Origin: Hypanus sabinus
Taxonomy: Eukaryota
NCBI RefSeq assembly: GCF_030144855.1
Contig: NC_082719.1
Coordinates: forward strand, 28,024,001 to 28,088,000
Length of the DNA stretch: 64,000 nt
Direction of reading: 5' to 3'
Both the position numbers and the translations under genes were made by a program. Of this stretch, positions 11,205 through 24,250 are shown piece after piece (within the stretch, counting starts at the first letter, position 1; every line of letters begins with the position of its first letter). The notes beneath the pieces are model-generated. The model was not told the origin of the DNA, did not search any database, and saw only the letters and a list, made by a program, of their open reading frames with translations.

Positions 11205-11990
11205 CAGAATCAGAATCACTTTATTGCCAGTGCATGAAACGTACCAGAAAGGATTGTGGTTCGGTGCCAAGCATAAAACACAGGATAGTACTGTAACAGA
11301 AAACAGTAGCAACCAGGAGTTTACAAGACAAGTGCAAACAGCCATGAGCAATGAATAATTAGCTGATACTCATGCAGAAACGTCAATAATCCAACTTAAA
11401 TAATTATGAACATATGAGCACACTCAATAATTAAAAACACAACAAGGAGAGCAGGAAAGACCATTTAACAGATGTCCAGGGTTTATTTAGGGTATTACAT
11501 CTGAGTGAGTTTTGTTGAGATGCTAGATAGCTACAGGAAAGAAGCTTCAGAGATGATGAGTAGTCCTGGTGATGATGGAATTGTAGCATCCCCCGATGGC
11601 ACTTTGGTGAATAGGTGACTGCTAGGGTGGGTGGAGTGAGCAATAGATTTTCTGGCTCTTTGCTCTGTCAATGAACACGTTCTTTAGTGTCAGTAGCTGA
11701 CAGCCACTGAGTGGACCACTCACTGCAACCTGAACTTGGAGCGGACAGAAGAGGCAGGAAACCATAAAGTGATAGACGTGGTCACAACACTCAATGATGG
11801 CTGAGTAAAAATCCATCAGAATACACTCCGAGATGCTAGGTTCCATAGCTGATGTAGGAAGAACAATCACTGCTGGGCCTTCCTAGTGATGATCATAACG
11901 TGCTTGTCCCACTTCAGTCTGTTAGTAATGGTAGTCCCCAGGAGTATAAATAACTTGACCACTGACACAGCCTGACAGTTCTAGTATTAT
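11205..11990 (-). mobile_element. Decayed LINE 3' portion (Rex1/L2-like)
   Basis: tcagaatcagaatcactttattg is a reverse (tctgat)n tail with AATAAA, followed by degenerate LINE-like sequence. Confidence 0.5.
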
Positions 11991-13220
11991 CCTGCATTCT
12001 TCCCAACGCCCTTCATCTTCACATTTTTAAAGATGCCGCTATCGAAGATGCATTGGAAATTTGTGTTAAGATTTTCTATTAAATACATGCTTAAGTTCCC
12101 TCATTGGCTTTAGGTACTCGCGCTCTGAACCATGTGACAATATCTGCTTTGACAACTGCCAACCTTATTTTCAAATTACTCATCCAGTATTGTCTCTGTG
12201 AACTACTGAGCCGGTGGCATCTCTCCAGTGAAGACAGATACAAAAGTGTCCATTTAGGTTCTCATTCGTGCATTCTGTCTCTGTAGGATGTATCTTTTGT
12301 GCTTTCTAGCCCAGCTTACCTTGCATCCTTAACTACTTGTGAGGGTTACAAAGTTTTTTGTTCTCTTACCCCAGATGTTCTTTGGACTTGTACCCTCTTA
12401 ACATCTCCCAAGTTTATTTTCACACCATTGCCTGACACTCTCATGAGCTTCCTTTTCTAACTTCATAACTAATTGGCCAGGGAGATGATACTTGCTGGAG
12501 ACCTGTTTTGGCAGTAGGCAAATTGCTGTAGGTCGAGCTTGTTTGGGAGGCTGGAGTAGATGCGTGGCATGACCAGCCTCATGAAGCACTTCATGTTGGT
12601 GGTGTGGCTGCATCAGTACATGATTGCAGATTGATTAAAGGCAGTGCAGTAAAAATGATAATGTAGTATCCCTGGGACTTAGGTGGTTAGGCGGACTTTT
12701 CTGGAGTATGTTACTCTATTAGTACACAATATACTTGGCTTTCACTTTCTGCGACAAGAAACACAGTATTGCACTAAGTTTACCAGTGAACTTGTTGAGT
12801 TTAAAGGGCACTCCAGATCCTGTCTCCTGTAGCATATCTATTTGTTCCTGACCCCTGGACTTTTAGAGCTGATGCCAGCTTTGGCCACGCGCCTAGCCAG
12901 ACGACATCTGCACTCCATACTCTCAGCGCTGGCTCCAAATCCTGCTTGTGCTCTGGACTGCGACACATTCTGAGCTAGTAAGTCAGCCAGATGCCAAATC
13001 ATCAGGATTTCTGAGCAATTGGTTAAGTCTTGTCAGAGTTTTACTATTGTAAGCGTTAGTGTTAGATGTGAAAATCAAGATTGCGAATCAGTGATTGAGG
13101 AGCACAGAGAGAACACAAGGCAGAAAATACTGAGGGAATAATGATGTTGGACAACATACACATATTACATAGTGGAGCATGTAACATGTATAAAGCAGCA
13201 ACTCGCACAATGTGCTGTGA

Positions 13221-13330
13221 CTGATGAAGGTCTTGGTCCGAAATGTTGACCGTTTATTTCTCTCCATAGATGCTGCCTGATATGTTGAGTTTCTCCCGCA
13301 TTTTGTGTGCATTCTTCAAAATTTCCAGTA
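13221..13330 (+). mobile_element. Penelope terminal-repeat fragment with hammerhead core
   Basis: CTGATGA-AGGTCTTGGTCC-GAAA-TGTT-GACCG followed by tccatagatgctgcc...tctgcagaat. Confidence 0.8.
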
Positions 13331-13458
13331 TCTGCAGAATTTCTTGAGTTTATGTTGAGAATTTTAATTTACATATAATTGAGGCAAAACAAATTTATTG
13401 AAGTAGCTTTTGAAGTATATTGTGTTCAATGTTTTTTGTTGATGCCGTTTTTGTGTAG

Positions 13459-13574
13459 GGCCTGGTCCTTGGTGTATATGAGGGAGGGAAAGTGGATGAA
13501 TCTGTTCAGTTCACAAAAGCAGCAGAAGCTTTTGACTTTTCTATATCTGGAAAACTTGAGGAACTTTTGACCAT
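13459..13574 (+). CDS. LAP3: LAP3 coding exon 2
   Basis: ag|GLVLGVYEGGKVDESVQFTKAAEAFDFSISGKLEELLT|gtaagt, 116 nt. Confidence 0.95.
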
Positions 13575-13779
13575 GTAAGTATAATTTTCAAAGATAATTT
13601 GGAGACAAATTATGGGAAAGATATTTGATTGCTATGAATGAGTTCAATATATTCTTGAATCATTTGTTTATTGTATGAGTATACACTGTCGCACAGTAGA
13701 AGTGAAAAAAACTTAGAGGGAGATTAATTTGATTTGTCATAGGTACCTTGAAACATATAATGAGATGTGTCATTTGTAT

Positions 13780-14010
13780 TAGGCACGTGTTGGAGCAGCC
13801 TGCAAGCATCACTATGCTTGCATGCCCCTGGTTTACTAACCCAAACTCAGATGACTTTGGAATGTGGGAGAATACCAGAGCATCTGGAGGAAAGCCATGT
13901 GGTCATAGGGAAAACGTATAAATCCCTTACAGACAGTAGCTGGAATAGAACCCTGATTGATGATTGCTGGTGCTGTAAAGCAATTCTGCTATCCGCTATG
14001 TTACCGTGCC
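13780..14010 (-). mobile_element. tRNA-derived V-SINE/HE1-like SINE
   Basis: Reverse V-domain tggaatgtgggagaataccagagcatctggaggaaagccatgtggtc plus tRNA-like head. Confidence 0.7.
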
Positions 14011-14398
14011 TTCCCCCCCACCCTGATGCTGTTATACATGCAGATATTGGTCAAATAGATTGTAGGATCACTACATTATGGGATCATTTTTAACTTGGCA
14101 ATACGCATGTTAAATTTCCCCAAAGTGCTATATTTGGATGAGAAGATTTGAGTGAAGTAATCAGAGATGAAATTGAAAATTGGCATTTTCAGTATGAGAA
14201 AAAGCAAAATAAAAGGGAGTTTGAGTGAAAATTTGATTTTATGATGACTGACAGTGCCACTGATTGTATAGGACAGGGACATGCTTGGAAAACTAAAAGA
14301 TTTCCTGTGGATTGTCATGAGGGGTGGTAAGTAATGCAGCAGTAAGTTTTTTAACATTTTCATGTTTTAGTCTATTTACAATTATGTTTATTTTTAAG

Positions 14399-14453
14399 AT
14401 CTGGTCCTGCACTTAAAAAAGGAAGAAGCCGGGTATTTTATGGACTGCATCAG
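14399..14453 (+). CDS. LAP3: LAP3 coding exon 3
   Basis: ag|A SGPALKKGRSRVFYGLHQ|gtatgt, 55 nt. Confidence 0.96.
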
Positions 14454-16250
14454 GTATGTTTTCAGATTAAATCTGTTTAGTGCTTCATTCAAGTCAATGA
14501 AGAAATGTTAAAATACTGATTTTATTGATGAATGATGTGATTGAGTATATAAATTATGGAAATTATCTGATAATTCTAATTACTTTTTTACAAGCACATC
14601 AAAATGCATGGAGTTTTCTGTTTATTATAAATGTATTAGGTGATCTGGTTATTATAAGCTATTATTATAATACATTCAGAATTTAATCACACCGTCTCTT
14701 CATTATTTAAATTACAAAATTTTGTGCATGGTAATTACTTTGGAGTTGGCAATCTGTTATGAGGTTGAATACAGTTCAGAGCTTGCATCAATACAGTCTG
14801 CCAAAATACAGACATTGAAGAAGCTGGATAATTATTGCATTTCTATAATTCCTCCGTAAATTAGCTTTTCGTTGAAACCAAAATAATTATGTAGAACTAA
14901 AACCTGGGCAGGTGACAGAAGTATTTGTAGGGAAGCACTTTGGATCTTCTGATCATAATTTGATTAGTTTCAAAATAATTATGGAGAAGGATAGGACAGG
15001 TCCTCAGATTGAGATTCCAAATTGCAGAAAGGCCAATGTTGATGGCATCAGAAAGGATCTGGCAAGAGTAGATTGAGAAAGCTTGTTTTCTGGCAAAGGC
15101 GTACTTGCTAAATTTGAGGCCTTCAAAAGTGAAGTTGTGAAAGTATAGAGTTTGTATGCTCCTATCAGAATAAAAGTCAAATTTGACAAGTTTAGGGAAC
15201 ATAGGTTTTTTGAAAGATATTGAGGCCTTGCTTAAGAAGTTGAAGGAGATGCATAGGCCAGATCTACGCAGCTAGGAGCAAATGGAGTGTTCGAGGATTA
15301 AAAAAAAGAGAATATGAGGGAAAACAGGAGGGCTAAAATAAGCTATGAAGTTGCTTTAGCAGGCAAGGTGAGATTTCCAAGAGCTTCTATAGATATGTTA
15401 AAAGCAAAGGACAAAATTCGTCCCCTTAAAGATTAGTATTGTCATCTATGTATGGAGTCAAAGGAGATGGGGGGATCTTAATGGATTCTTTGCATCTGTA
15501 TTTACTCAGGAGATGGACTGGGAGTCAATAGAACTGAGGAAAAACAGCAGTGAGGTCATGGACTATATACAAATTACAGAAGAGGAGGTGCTTGCTGTCT
15601 TGTGGCACATTAGGGTGAATAAATGGCCAGGCCCTCAGACCTTGTGGGAGGCTAGGGCAGTAGTTACAGGAGCCATAGTAGAGGTATTTAAAATGTCCTG
15701 AGACGCAGGTGAAGTGCTGGAGGATAGTAAATGTTCCGTTGTTCAAGAAATCCCTAAGGATAAGCCGGGATATTAAAGGCTGGTGAGCCTGACATCAGTA
15801 ATGGATAAATTATTGGAAGGTATTCTTAGGGACTGGATATGTAGTAAGTACTTGTAGAGACAGGGCCAGAGTAGGGATAGCCAATGTGGCTTTATGTGTG
15901 GTAGGTTATGTCTAGCCAATCTTATAGAGATTTTTGCAGAGATTACCAGGGAAGTTGATGAAGGCAAGGCAGTGGATGTTGTGCAAGTGGACTTTAGCAA
16001 GGCTTCGACAAGGAACCACATGGGAGACTGATCAAGAAGGTCAGTTGCTTGACATTCAGGATGAGGTAGTAAATTGGATTAAACATTGGCTTTGCTTGAG
16101 AAGCCAGAGAGTGGTGGTAGATGGTTGCTTCTCTGATTGGAGGTCTGTGACAAGTGGTGTACTGCAGGGATCAGTGCTAGGTCCATTGTGTTTGTCATCT
16201 ATATCAACAATATAGATGATAATGTGGTAAACTAGATCAGCAAATTTCAA

Positions 16251-16371
16251 AGTAAAATTTATTATCAGAGTGCATACATGTCACTACATGCAACCCTGAG
16301 ATTCTTTTCCCACGGACATTCTCAGGTTTTATGTGTGGTGACATGCATGTACTCTGATAATAAATTTTACT
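16251..16371. repeat. Hairpin made of two inverted Rex1-type LINE 3' tails
   Basis: Arms of about 50 bp: agtaaaatttattatcagagtgcatacatgtcac... and ...gtgacatgcatgtactctgataataaattttact. Confidence 0.88.
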
Positions 16372-16504
16372 GTCAGATGACATCAAAATAGCAGACAGCA
16401 AGGAAGACTATCAAAGTTTGCAGTGGGATATGGACCAGCTGGAAAAATGGCAGATGGAATTTAATGCAGACAAGTATAAAGTGTTCACTTTGGGAGGACC
16501 AGAC

Positions 16505-16822
16505 TATGTGACAGTTTCTTCCCCCAAGCTATCAGACTCCTCAATACCCAGAGCCTGGACTGACACCAACTTACTGCCCTCAACTGTGCCTATTGTCTTG
16601 TTTATTATTTATTGTAATGCCTGCACTGTTTTGTGCAATTTATGCAGTCCTGGGTAGGTCTGTGGTCTAGTGTAGTTTTTTTTCTGTGTTGTTTTCACGT
16701 AGTTCAGTGTAGTTTTTGTACTGTTTCATGTAGCACCATGGTCCTGAAAAACGTCTCGTTTTTACTGTGTACTGTACCAGCAGTTAAGGTCAAAATGACA
16801 ATAAAAAGTGACTTGGCTTGAC
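16505..16822 (+). mobile_element. Rex1/Babar LINE 3' fragment nested in CR1
   Basis: acagtttcttcccccaagctatcagactcctcaa (SFFPQAIRLLN) then 3'UTR, AATAAA and (cttga)n tail; same tail reversed at 42935-43080. Confidence 0.75.
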
Positions 16823-18009
16823 AAACCAAACTTAGGCAGTGAATAATAGGGTACTAGGGAGTGCAGTAGAACAAAGGAATCTGGGAATACAGATCCATAA
16901 GTCCTTGGGAGTATTGTCACAGATACATGGGATCATAAGAGCTTTTGGCACATTGACCTTCATAAATTAATGTATTGATTACAGGATGTTACACTGAATT
17001 TATCTAAGATGTTGGTGAGAACTAATTTGAAGTATTGTAAAAAACACGAAAAGCTGTCTGGCCTGCTGAGTTCTGCCAGCATTTCATGTTTTTTATTTAT
17101 TTCCAGCATCTGCAGATTCACTGGTGTTGCCTTTGAAGTATTGTGTTCAGTTCTGGTCACTTATTTATAAGAAAGATCAGTAAGATTGTAAGAGTGCAGA
17201 AAAATAAATTCCAATGATGGTGCTGGGATTTGAAGACCTGAGTTATAGGGAAAGGTTTAATAGTTAGGGCTTTATTCCCTGGAGTGAAGGAGAATGAAGA
17301 GAGATTTGATAGAGGTTTACGAAGTGATGACAGTAAATGCAAGCAGGATTTTTCCACTGAGGTTGGGTGAGACTAGAAATAGAGGTTATAAGAATGAAAG
17401 GTAAAATATTTAAGGGCAACCTAAGGGTTTCTCTCAGAGGGTGGTGGGAGTGTGGAGGGACAAAGCAGAATAATAGTTTGTCATGGATTAAATGAGTGAA
17501 AGGGCCCGTTTCTGTGCTGTAGTGCTTCATGAGACCAAATGCCAGAAACATTCAACAGAATCCGTGGAGGGTGAAACAGTCAATTTTTGTCATCAGTGAT
17601 CCTTCATCAGACTGGAAAAGTCTGAATGCAAGCATATTTTTAACTTACAGAAGAGGGAAGGGGTGGAGTGAACAAAGGCTATGTCTTTGATGCCATGTGG
17701 GCCAAAGTAATCAAGGTAATCATTACTTTTAAGTAATGGCAGTTGGGGATAGTATAGAAATGAGGCAAACAAAAACAGAAGTATTTGTCCAAAAAAGATG
17801 GTTAGCTGAAATTCTTGAATTCATTGTTCATAGTGATATGAGATGTTCATAGGGATATGATGTGAGATGAGGTGCAAGTTTATATTGGACGTTACTGGAG
17901 CAGTGTCGGAAGCCAACAGAGAGATCAAAATGGGAGTGGGTTTGAGAAATAAAATAACTGGTAACTGGAAGCTCGCACTGAATGGAATTTGGGAAGCAAA
18001 TTCAGAAAT

Positions 18010-18672
18010 TAGAGGTACAATAGGACTTGGGGTCCCAGTTCAGGATTCCCTTAAGATTAACTTGTAGGTTGAGTCAGTAAAAAAGAAGGCAAATACATGT
18101 TAATCATTTTGAGAGGACTAGAATATAAAAGCAAAGATGTACTGCTGAGGCTCTACAAAGTGTTGGTCAATACATTTGGAATTTGGAGCAACTTTTGGCT
18201 CCATATCTATGGAAAGGGTTCAGAAAAGTTCCCCAAGAATGATTCCAAGAATGAAAGGCTTAATATCTGAGGAATGTTTGATCTCACTGAGCCTGAACTT
18301 GATGGAATTTGAAGGATGAGGGGGATTGTATGGAAGCCTATTGGATACTGAAAGGCCTGGATAGAGTGAACATGGAGAGGATGTTTCCATCAGTAGGAGA
18401 GTTTAGGATCTGAGGGCACAGCCTCAGAATAAAGGGATGTCACTTTAAAGCTGAGATGAAGTGCAGTTTGTTCAGCCAGATGTTTGTGAATCTGTGGAAC
18501 CTGTTGCCACAGAGGGCTGTGAAGGCCAAGTAGGTAGATGTATTTAATGCAGAGATTGATAGTTTCTTGATGGATAGGGAGGTTAGAGATTAAAAGAATA
18601 ATTAGTTGTGATTGAATGGTAGAGCAGAATTGATGGACTGAATGGTCTGACAGTGCTGTATTTTATGGTCAT
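18010..18672 (+). mobile_element. CR1 LINE 3' fragment
   Basis: CR1 3' ORF2/UTR sequence (gtgaatctgtggaac..gccacagagggctgt..aatggtctga..ttatggtc). Confidence 0.8.
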
Positions 18673-18794
18673 GTGAAAGCGTTCTGGAGAATGTTCCACC
18701 TTGTGTTCGATTTCTCCATTGCAGTCTTTTTTTTCCTTCTGAGGTGCAGATTTTTATTTAAGTTCTGGTTTTCATTGTAAGTTTCCACTTACAA

Positions 18795-18885
18795 TGTGTT
18801 GCTTCACATCTGTGAAAGTACTCTTCTTGGATAGCTTCAGGCGTGTGTTGCTTCACATCTGTGAAAGTACTCTTCTTGGATAGCT
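18795..18885. repeat. Perfect 42-bp direct duplication with 7-nt spacer
   Basis: tgtgttgcttcacatctgtgaaagtactcttcttggatagct at 18795-18836 and 18844-18885. Confidence 0.95.
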
Positions 18886-19365
18886 GAACATAAAGTTACA
18901 TATGTTTGGTATGTGCCAGGTCTGATTCATTGAATTATTATAATGGAGAAGGACTGACCATCTTTTTATTGTCCAGCTTTTGTTTTCAGTTTTTAAAAAA
19001 AATCTAAACATTGTGAATATAGCACAACATAATTGTGTATCCTTAACCACATTAGCCAGATCAGATAAAAGGAGCAGAATTTTTTCCAGCTGGAGTCTTA
19101 CAATAATCTGGTAATTTCTGGTTATCATTAATGACTCTTTTTTCAGATTAATAAAAATATTAACTGGATTTAAAATCCATAGCTACGAGACTGAGGTTTG
19201 AACTCTGGATTATTTGTCTGGTAATTTAACCACCCTGTGGTCATTGTAGATCAACTTGAAACTTCAACCCAATGTTATTTTAAGATGTTTTAGAAGGAAG
19301 AAAAAGATTTACAGTAAAATATTACAACATCTGCCCTCTTATCATAAAAAAATTTGCTTTAATAG

Positions 19366-19471
19366 GATTTTCCCCATATTGTAGTTGTTGGTCTTGGTGA
19401 CAAAAATGCTGGAGTTAATAGTTTGGAGCAATGTGATGAAGGCAAAGAAAATATTCGAGCTGCTATAGCAG
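19366..19471 (+). CDS. LAP3: LAP3 coding exon 4
   Basis: ag|DFPHIVVVGLGDKNAGVNSLEQCDEGKENIRAAIA G|gtaaat, 106 nt. Confidence 0.96.
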
Positions 19472-19839
19472 GTAAATTCCTTAATTTATCTATGATTTTT
19501 ATTAGCAGCTAAAAATACATTAAGATCAGTGACAAATCAAAACTACAGTTTAATGTGTGGAAATACTTTTAAAATAACAGAGTAATGGTACAATGAAGAC
19601 AGGTTATTACTATTTTTGATATTTTTATCTTTTCCCAAGATCAAAAATGGTTAGTTGCTGGCTTGTGGCTATGTCAGAAATAATTCAAAAATTGTTGCTG
19701 CTTAAAATTCATGAGAACTTAATAACTAATTGCTTCATATTATATATAGAATGTATTTTTTAAAAGCCAACTTAAAAAAAATGGACTTTAGTTCACCTTC
19801 ATTTCTTTTTTTTTCTGAAGTAGTTTAAAAAAAAACCCT

Positions 19840-20367
19840 CATCTCCCATTTCCCACACATCTACCCTATTCCATCCTCTCACTATCATAATAGCAATATG
19901 TCCATACTTAGAGCCTCATAAGACTGGATGACTACCCATTTCAATTCAACCTTCCATTCCCATTCTAACATGTCTGTTCATGGTCTCCTCTACTGCTATA
20001 ATGAGGTCAAACTCGGGTTGCAGGAGTAACATCTCGTATTCTGTATGAGAGGCCTCCAGCCTGATAGCATGAACATTGATTTCTCTTACTTCCAGTAATT
20101 TCTCCTCCCTGCCCCCTCTCTCCTCTCTGGTTACCTTCTCACTCCTCCTCACATGCTCATCACTCCCTCTGGTTCCTCTTCTTCCCTTTCTTCCATGGTT
20201 CACTGTCCTCCCCATTAGATTCCTTCTTCAGCCTTTATCTTTTTTACCTATCCCTCCTAGCTTCTTACATTATCTCTTCCCCCTCACCTATCCATCTCTC
20301 CCCTCACCTATCCATCTCTCCCCTCACTTATCCACCTCTCCCCTCACCTATCCACCTCTGCCCTCAC
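19840..20367 (+). mobile_element. Penelope-like element 3' fragment ending in a 20-bp tandem repeat (4 units, 20281-20360)
   Basis: HSNMSVHGLLYC...HLVFCMRGLQPDSMNIDFS (GIY-YIG C-terminal region); pyrimidine-rich 3' region; ccctcacctatccaYctctc x4. Confidence 0.78.
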
Positions 20368-20386
20368 GTTATTTACATTTACATTG

Positions 20387-20756
20387 TTGTAAATGTAAAT
20401 CAGGGAGCTTGTAATTGGCTTTCAGTTTTTTTTGTAAATTGCAAGCAGTATATTGAAGTTAAAAACACAGGCTGCTCCACAGACTGTGATTGTATATGCA
20501 AGAGTTAAGACAACGGGTTTGTGTTAATTGGCCTGCATCCGACCAGACAACATGGTTAAGTTATTTGCGTCATTGTGACTTGAGTGCAAGTGGGCAGACC
20601 AGATGAGTGTTGTCACTTAATGTATCAAACATATTCACAGGTATAGGCAATCAATAGTTTTTGTGTACATCCCATATTTGTGTACTCGGAGATAGCCCTG
20701 GCAATATTGATTTTAGGTGAATGACTCTGTTGTCAAAAGGTTTTGGGATATTTGTG
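20387..20756 (+). repeat. Partial LTR (U3), inverted relative to the LTR at 24251-25003
   Basis: Reverse complement aligns with about 24563-24940, e.g. aaaactattgattgcctatacct, aaaaccttttgacaacagag, gcaatttacaaaaaaaa. Confidence 0.88.
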
Positions 20757-23700
20757 CTTCTCCCAAAGAATGTGCAGTCACCTTGTGAAAAATGGCTGGT
20801 TTATTGTGGAATCCCTGGGAGACTGTGGTCCATGTGTACTGTTATCCACCTAGGGTGAAGGCAAATCAGTCTTGGGACTCGGGTGCTAATAGGAGCCCAA
20901 AATCCATTAACAATGTCCAGAGCTGAGAAAGTGTTATCTTCTGGAGACAGGTCATTCAGGATCGTGGCAGGGCTGAAGACAATGAGAGGCTATCTCAATA
21001 TGGTCTTTTTGAGCACGGTATAGTCTATTGTTAACTGATATGATCTATCTGGTTTCTTTACTGGCCATATAGGTGAGTTAATGATTGATGAGGTCTCTTC
21101 ATATTATCCCCTGATGTTTTAGTACTTCACTTTTCTCTGGACCACTGTCAGTGCATCAGTTTTTATGGGATATTGCTTATGGGGTTTATGTACATCCCTC
21201 TTTATTTTAACTGGGTTTATCTTTACCCAAGCAGGATTGAATCTAGCCCACAACTCTGGGGGTTGCCGCCAGCTATTTGTCTGACTGCGAGGCTGTGTTT
21301 TCCAGTTCTGTAATCTGGTCAACAGTCAGATTGGACAGAAGGCACTGTCAGGGTTGAGGACTTTGATTCTGTTGTAGTCTCTACATTTATTGGTGGATGA
21401 CTTTCATGTCCCTTTCTCCTGTTAGGGCACTGTCTCTAGCCTGGGAGACTACAGCTGTCACAAATTATTGCCTCTGCCCTTCTATATCTAGCACAGCAGT
21501 CCCTCGCTACATGCCCTGGTCAGTGACAAACAATGCAGTGTTCCTGTGACTTCACAGCATCATGTCCGCACGCCACCTTGTGACCTTCTTCCCTCTCTCT
21601 TGATCTACTTACCCAGCTCATGAAATTACTTTGGAGTAGGTGGATCACACCATTATCCCCAAGTCAAAAACGTCCTGGTGGGTTCAGCTCAACCCTTCTT
21701 TTAACTGGATTATCCCTCCCTGGATTGCCAAGCCCTGAATCTTCTTCATAGGCCTGGTATTTTCACTCTGCATTGTTCATGGTAGGTTCACTGGCCTTCT
21801 GAACAACTGACATTATCACTCCGCACTCCTCCAAGTCATTGCCTCACTACTCCCTTAAAGTTCTGTTATCTTTCCTCATTGCTGGCATTCCCATGAGTTG
21901 CCCATGCTCCATCCTGCACATGTGGAATCATGCTGTTTCAGGTACTTCTTGGGCAGTTAGCTTTAACCAATATGTGTATATCTGTGGGGTAGGGCACAGC
22001 TGGTGGATTTTGATCATTCTTCTAACTCGTGCCAAAATTCTGCATTGCCACATGCAGCTCTAAAGAGGACACTTTGGATAGGATGCTCCGCTTTTCTCCT
22101 GGGGTGAAGAATTTGTGGATGGTGGTGAGGAGTGTGGATTCACTGGGGTTCTGAGCCTGTCATTGCCTGGTTTCTATAGATTCCATTCCAACAGACAGTA
22201 CACGGTAAAACCTTTCCTGGTTGTGGGTCCTTTCCCACTTGTCAACTTCCCAGTTTACTTCATCTTCCTCAGAGGTTATTCCCATGGCTGCTTCCCACTG
22301 AGCACCCACCTGCTGGGCCTTTTCCCATTTACTTCTCAGTCTGTCCAGATCCCTTGCTGATTTAGTCATGTATTGTTCTAATTGTTCTGCCCATTTTTCA
22401 CTTCTGTCTCTCTCTCTTCCTGTAAATGTTTAACTTCCTTTAATCTGTTCAGCTCTCCATTTGTATTCTGTCTCGCTGTTCCCTGTACTCATCCCTTCTC
22501 TTCTGTAGCTCTACTATTTGTACACTATGTGATTCCAGACACTTTGTTCTCTCTTGTAAATATACATGATATAGAATGACTGCTGCTTTATCTTCCTTCT
22601 GCTTTGATTGGCTTTTCCACCACTATCAATGTAATCTGGGGTCCAGCTTTAACCCACCCAGCTTTGTCCATTCTCTGTTCAACCTTCTTCTCGTGGTTAC
22701 CAACCTTTTTAAGCCCAAGATCCCCTACCTCAGCCTCAGTGAAAGGCAAGATCGACCTACTAAATCACTTACACACATGCATGTGCACAGGGCAGAAGGG
22801 ACCGGAAGTGGTGCCCCTCAGCCCCGGAAGCGGTCTCTCTTCGCAGGTGGCTTTCCGTAGCGGGAATGTTGCTATGTTACCATTATCTTAATTGGTATTA
22901 CTTATTTTTATAATGCTTACATTACACCACCTTTAATTCTATGTTTTATTATTTAATTTTATTTCAACAGAAAAAATAAATGAATAAAAATTGACTGTTA
23001 CACTCAGTGTGATGACTGGGGCTGAATAGTTTCTGCTAGTTCCCTGAAATTTGGCTCATAACTACAGACAGCCAGTTTGAGACAGTCTGTAAGGTGTCTG
23101 TCAGTAAGACGGCTCCTGTACTTGGATTTAATAATTTTCATCTGTTGCAGCACAGCCCCCTCGCAAACCTCCTGACAGAGGACAGTTTGTTAGACTGAAT
23201 GTTGAATCTGCCACATTTTTCTGATGTTTTGTATTGGTAAACTATTGCTGGGACTGTAGTATAAGTTTCAGAGGTACGCAAGCTAATTACACTTTTTTTC
23301 ATTTCCCAGTTCTTTTACCTTTGGGCAATGTTGGAATTTAAAGGGGGAGAAGTGTTGCAATGTGAGCATTATAAAGATAGGTTGATGCGGATTAGGATAA
23401 TGGTGATGTAGCAGTGCTACCGCTGGGAGAGCTGTTTGTGGGGAGGGGTTGTTTCCGGGTTGCTTCCGGTCTTTTCTGCCTGGTGTGCATTTTTCTTTTT
23501 TTTTCAGGATCTACTGGGAAAGTCTGAAAGATCGATCGGTCGATCGCGATCGACTAGTTAGCAACCATTAGAGTACAGTATATACTCTGAGCTCTCCCCT
23601 CTTCCTAATTGAGCCCACAATGTTGCTATATCTCTTTTATGTAGACAGTTAAATATTTTTGCACTATCACGTGTATTAGGCTTTGATTCTCAGGTTTTCC

Positions 23701-24250
23701 CATGCACAATCAAACACACAAAAGAATTCCCTGAACATGTATACATGCACCCTCTGGCATCCCAAATGGTTTCACCCACAGTACCCAAGTGTTCTCAGTG
23801 GCCACACTGTATGTAATTCATTGCCCACTGAACAAGTAAACATGCACCCTCTGGTGTCATGAATAGTATCCCCCACACTTCCCAAGTATTCTTATTCGCC
23901 ATGCTCCACTTACTATGTTGCTTAGCGAATTAGTATATACTTACCCTCTGTCATTCTGAATAGTCAGTAACCACCTATTGCCACTGATTTCCCTGTCTCA
24001 TCAAACTACCATGTGTTGTCTGATAGATGGTTTCTTACACAAAACATGCGCACTTGCACATACACACACGCACATACTTTTGTATCTACTAGTTCAGCTC
24101 TCCACTGTGTCCTTTGATACTCTGTGATCCTGGGGTCATTTATCTAAAACAGATTTAATTATGGGTTTTTTCAAAATACTCACCCACTTAGATTGCTAAA
24201 ATCACTGGCCACACTGTGGGTCATGATTGTAAACTGGACGTGCCTCCAGC
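20757..24250 (-). mobile_element. Degenerate endogenous retrovirus internal region (leader, gag-like, pro, N-terminal RT), class III/ERV-L-like
   Basis: Minus strand: KQYPI, NSPIWPVKKPDRSYQLTIDY (21079-21020), LDIVNGFW, FAFTLGG*QYTWT, PQGFHNKPAIFH; PBS TGGAGGCACG (tRNA-Thr-like) at 24248-24239. Confidence 0.85.
22691..23570. mobile_element. Probable hAT-type MITE nested in the ERV leader
   Basis: Imperfect TIRs tcgtggttaccaac / gttagcaaccatta; subterminal palindrome gtcgatcgcgatcgac; no clear TSD. Confidence 0.5.

Larger units (their letters stand above)
14890..17530 (+). mobile_element. Degenerate CR1 LINE ORF2 with nested insertions
   Basis: [28 protein letters not shown] and WQMEFNADK; 3' end gggcccgtttctgtgctgtag. 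Confidence 0.88.

Noticed and set aside
13221-13252. Active hammerhead cleaving LAP3 intron 1
   Set aside because: Core is present but the 5' strand of stem I is missing and stem III and the cleavage site are mutated (GAAATGTT); activity is unlikely
22790-22870. ETS-motif cluster (ccggaagtg, ccggaagc) as an internal promoter
   Set aside because: Falls inside a probable MITE within an ERV; no downstream exon evident
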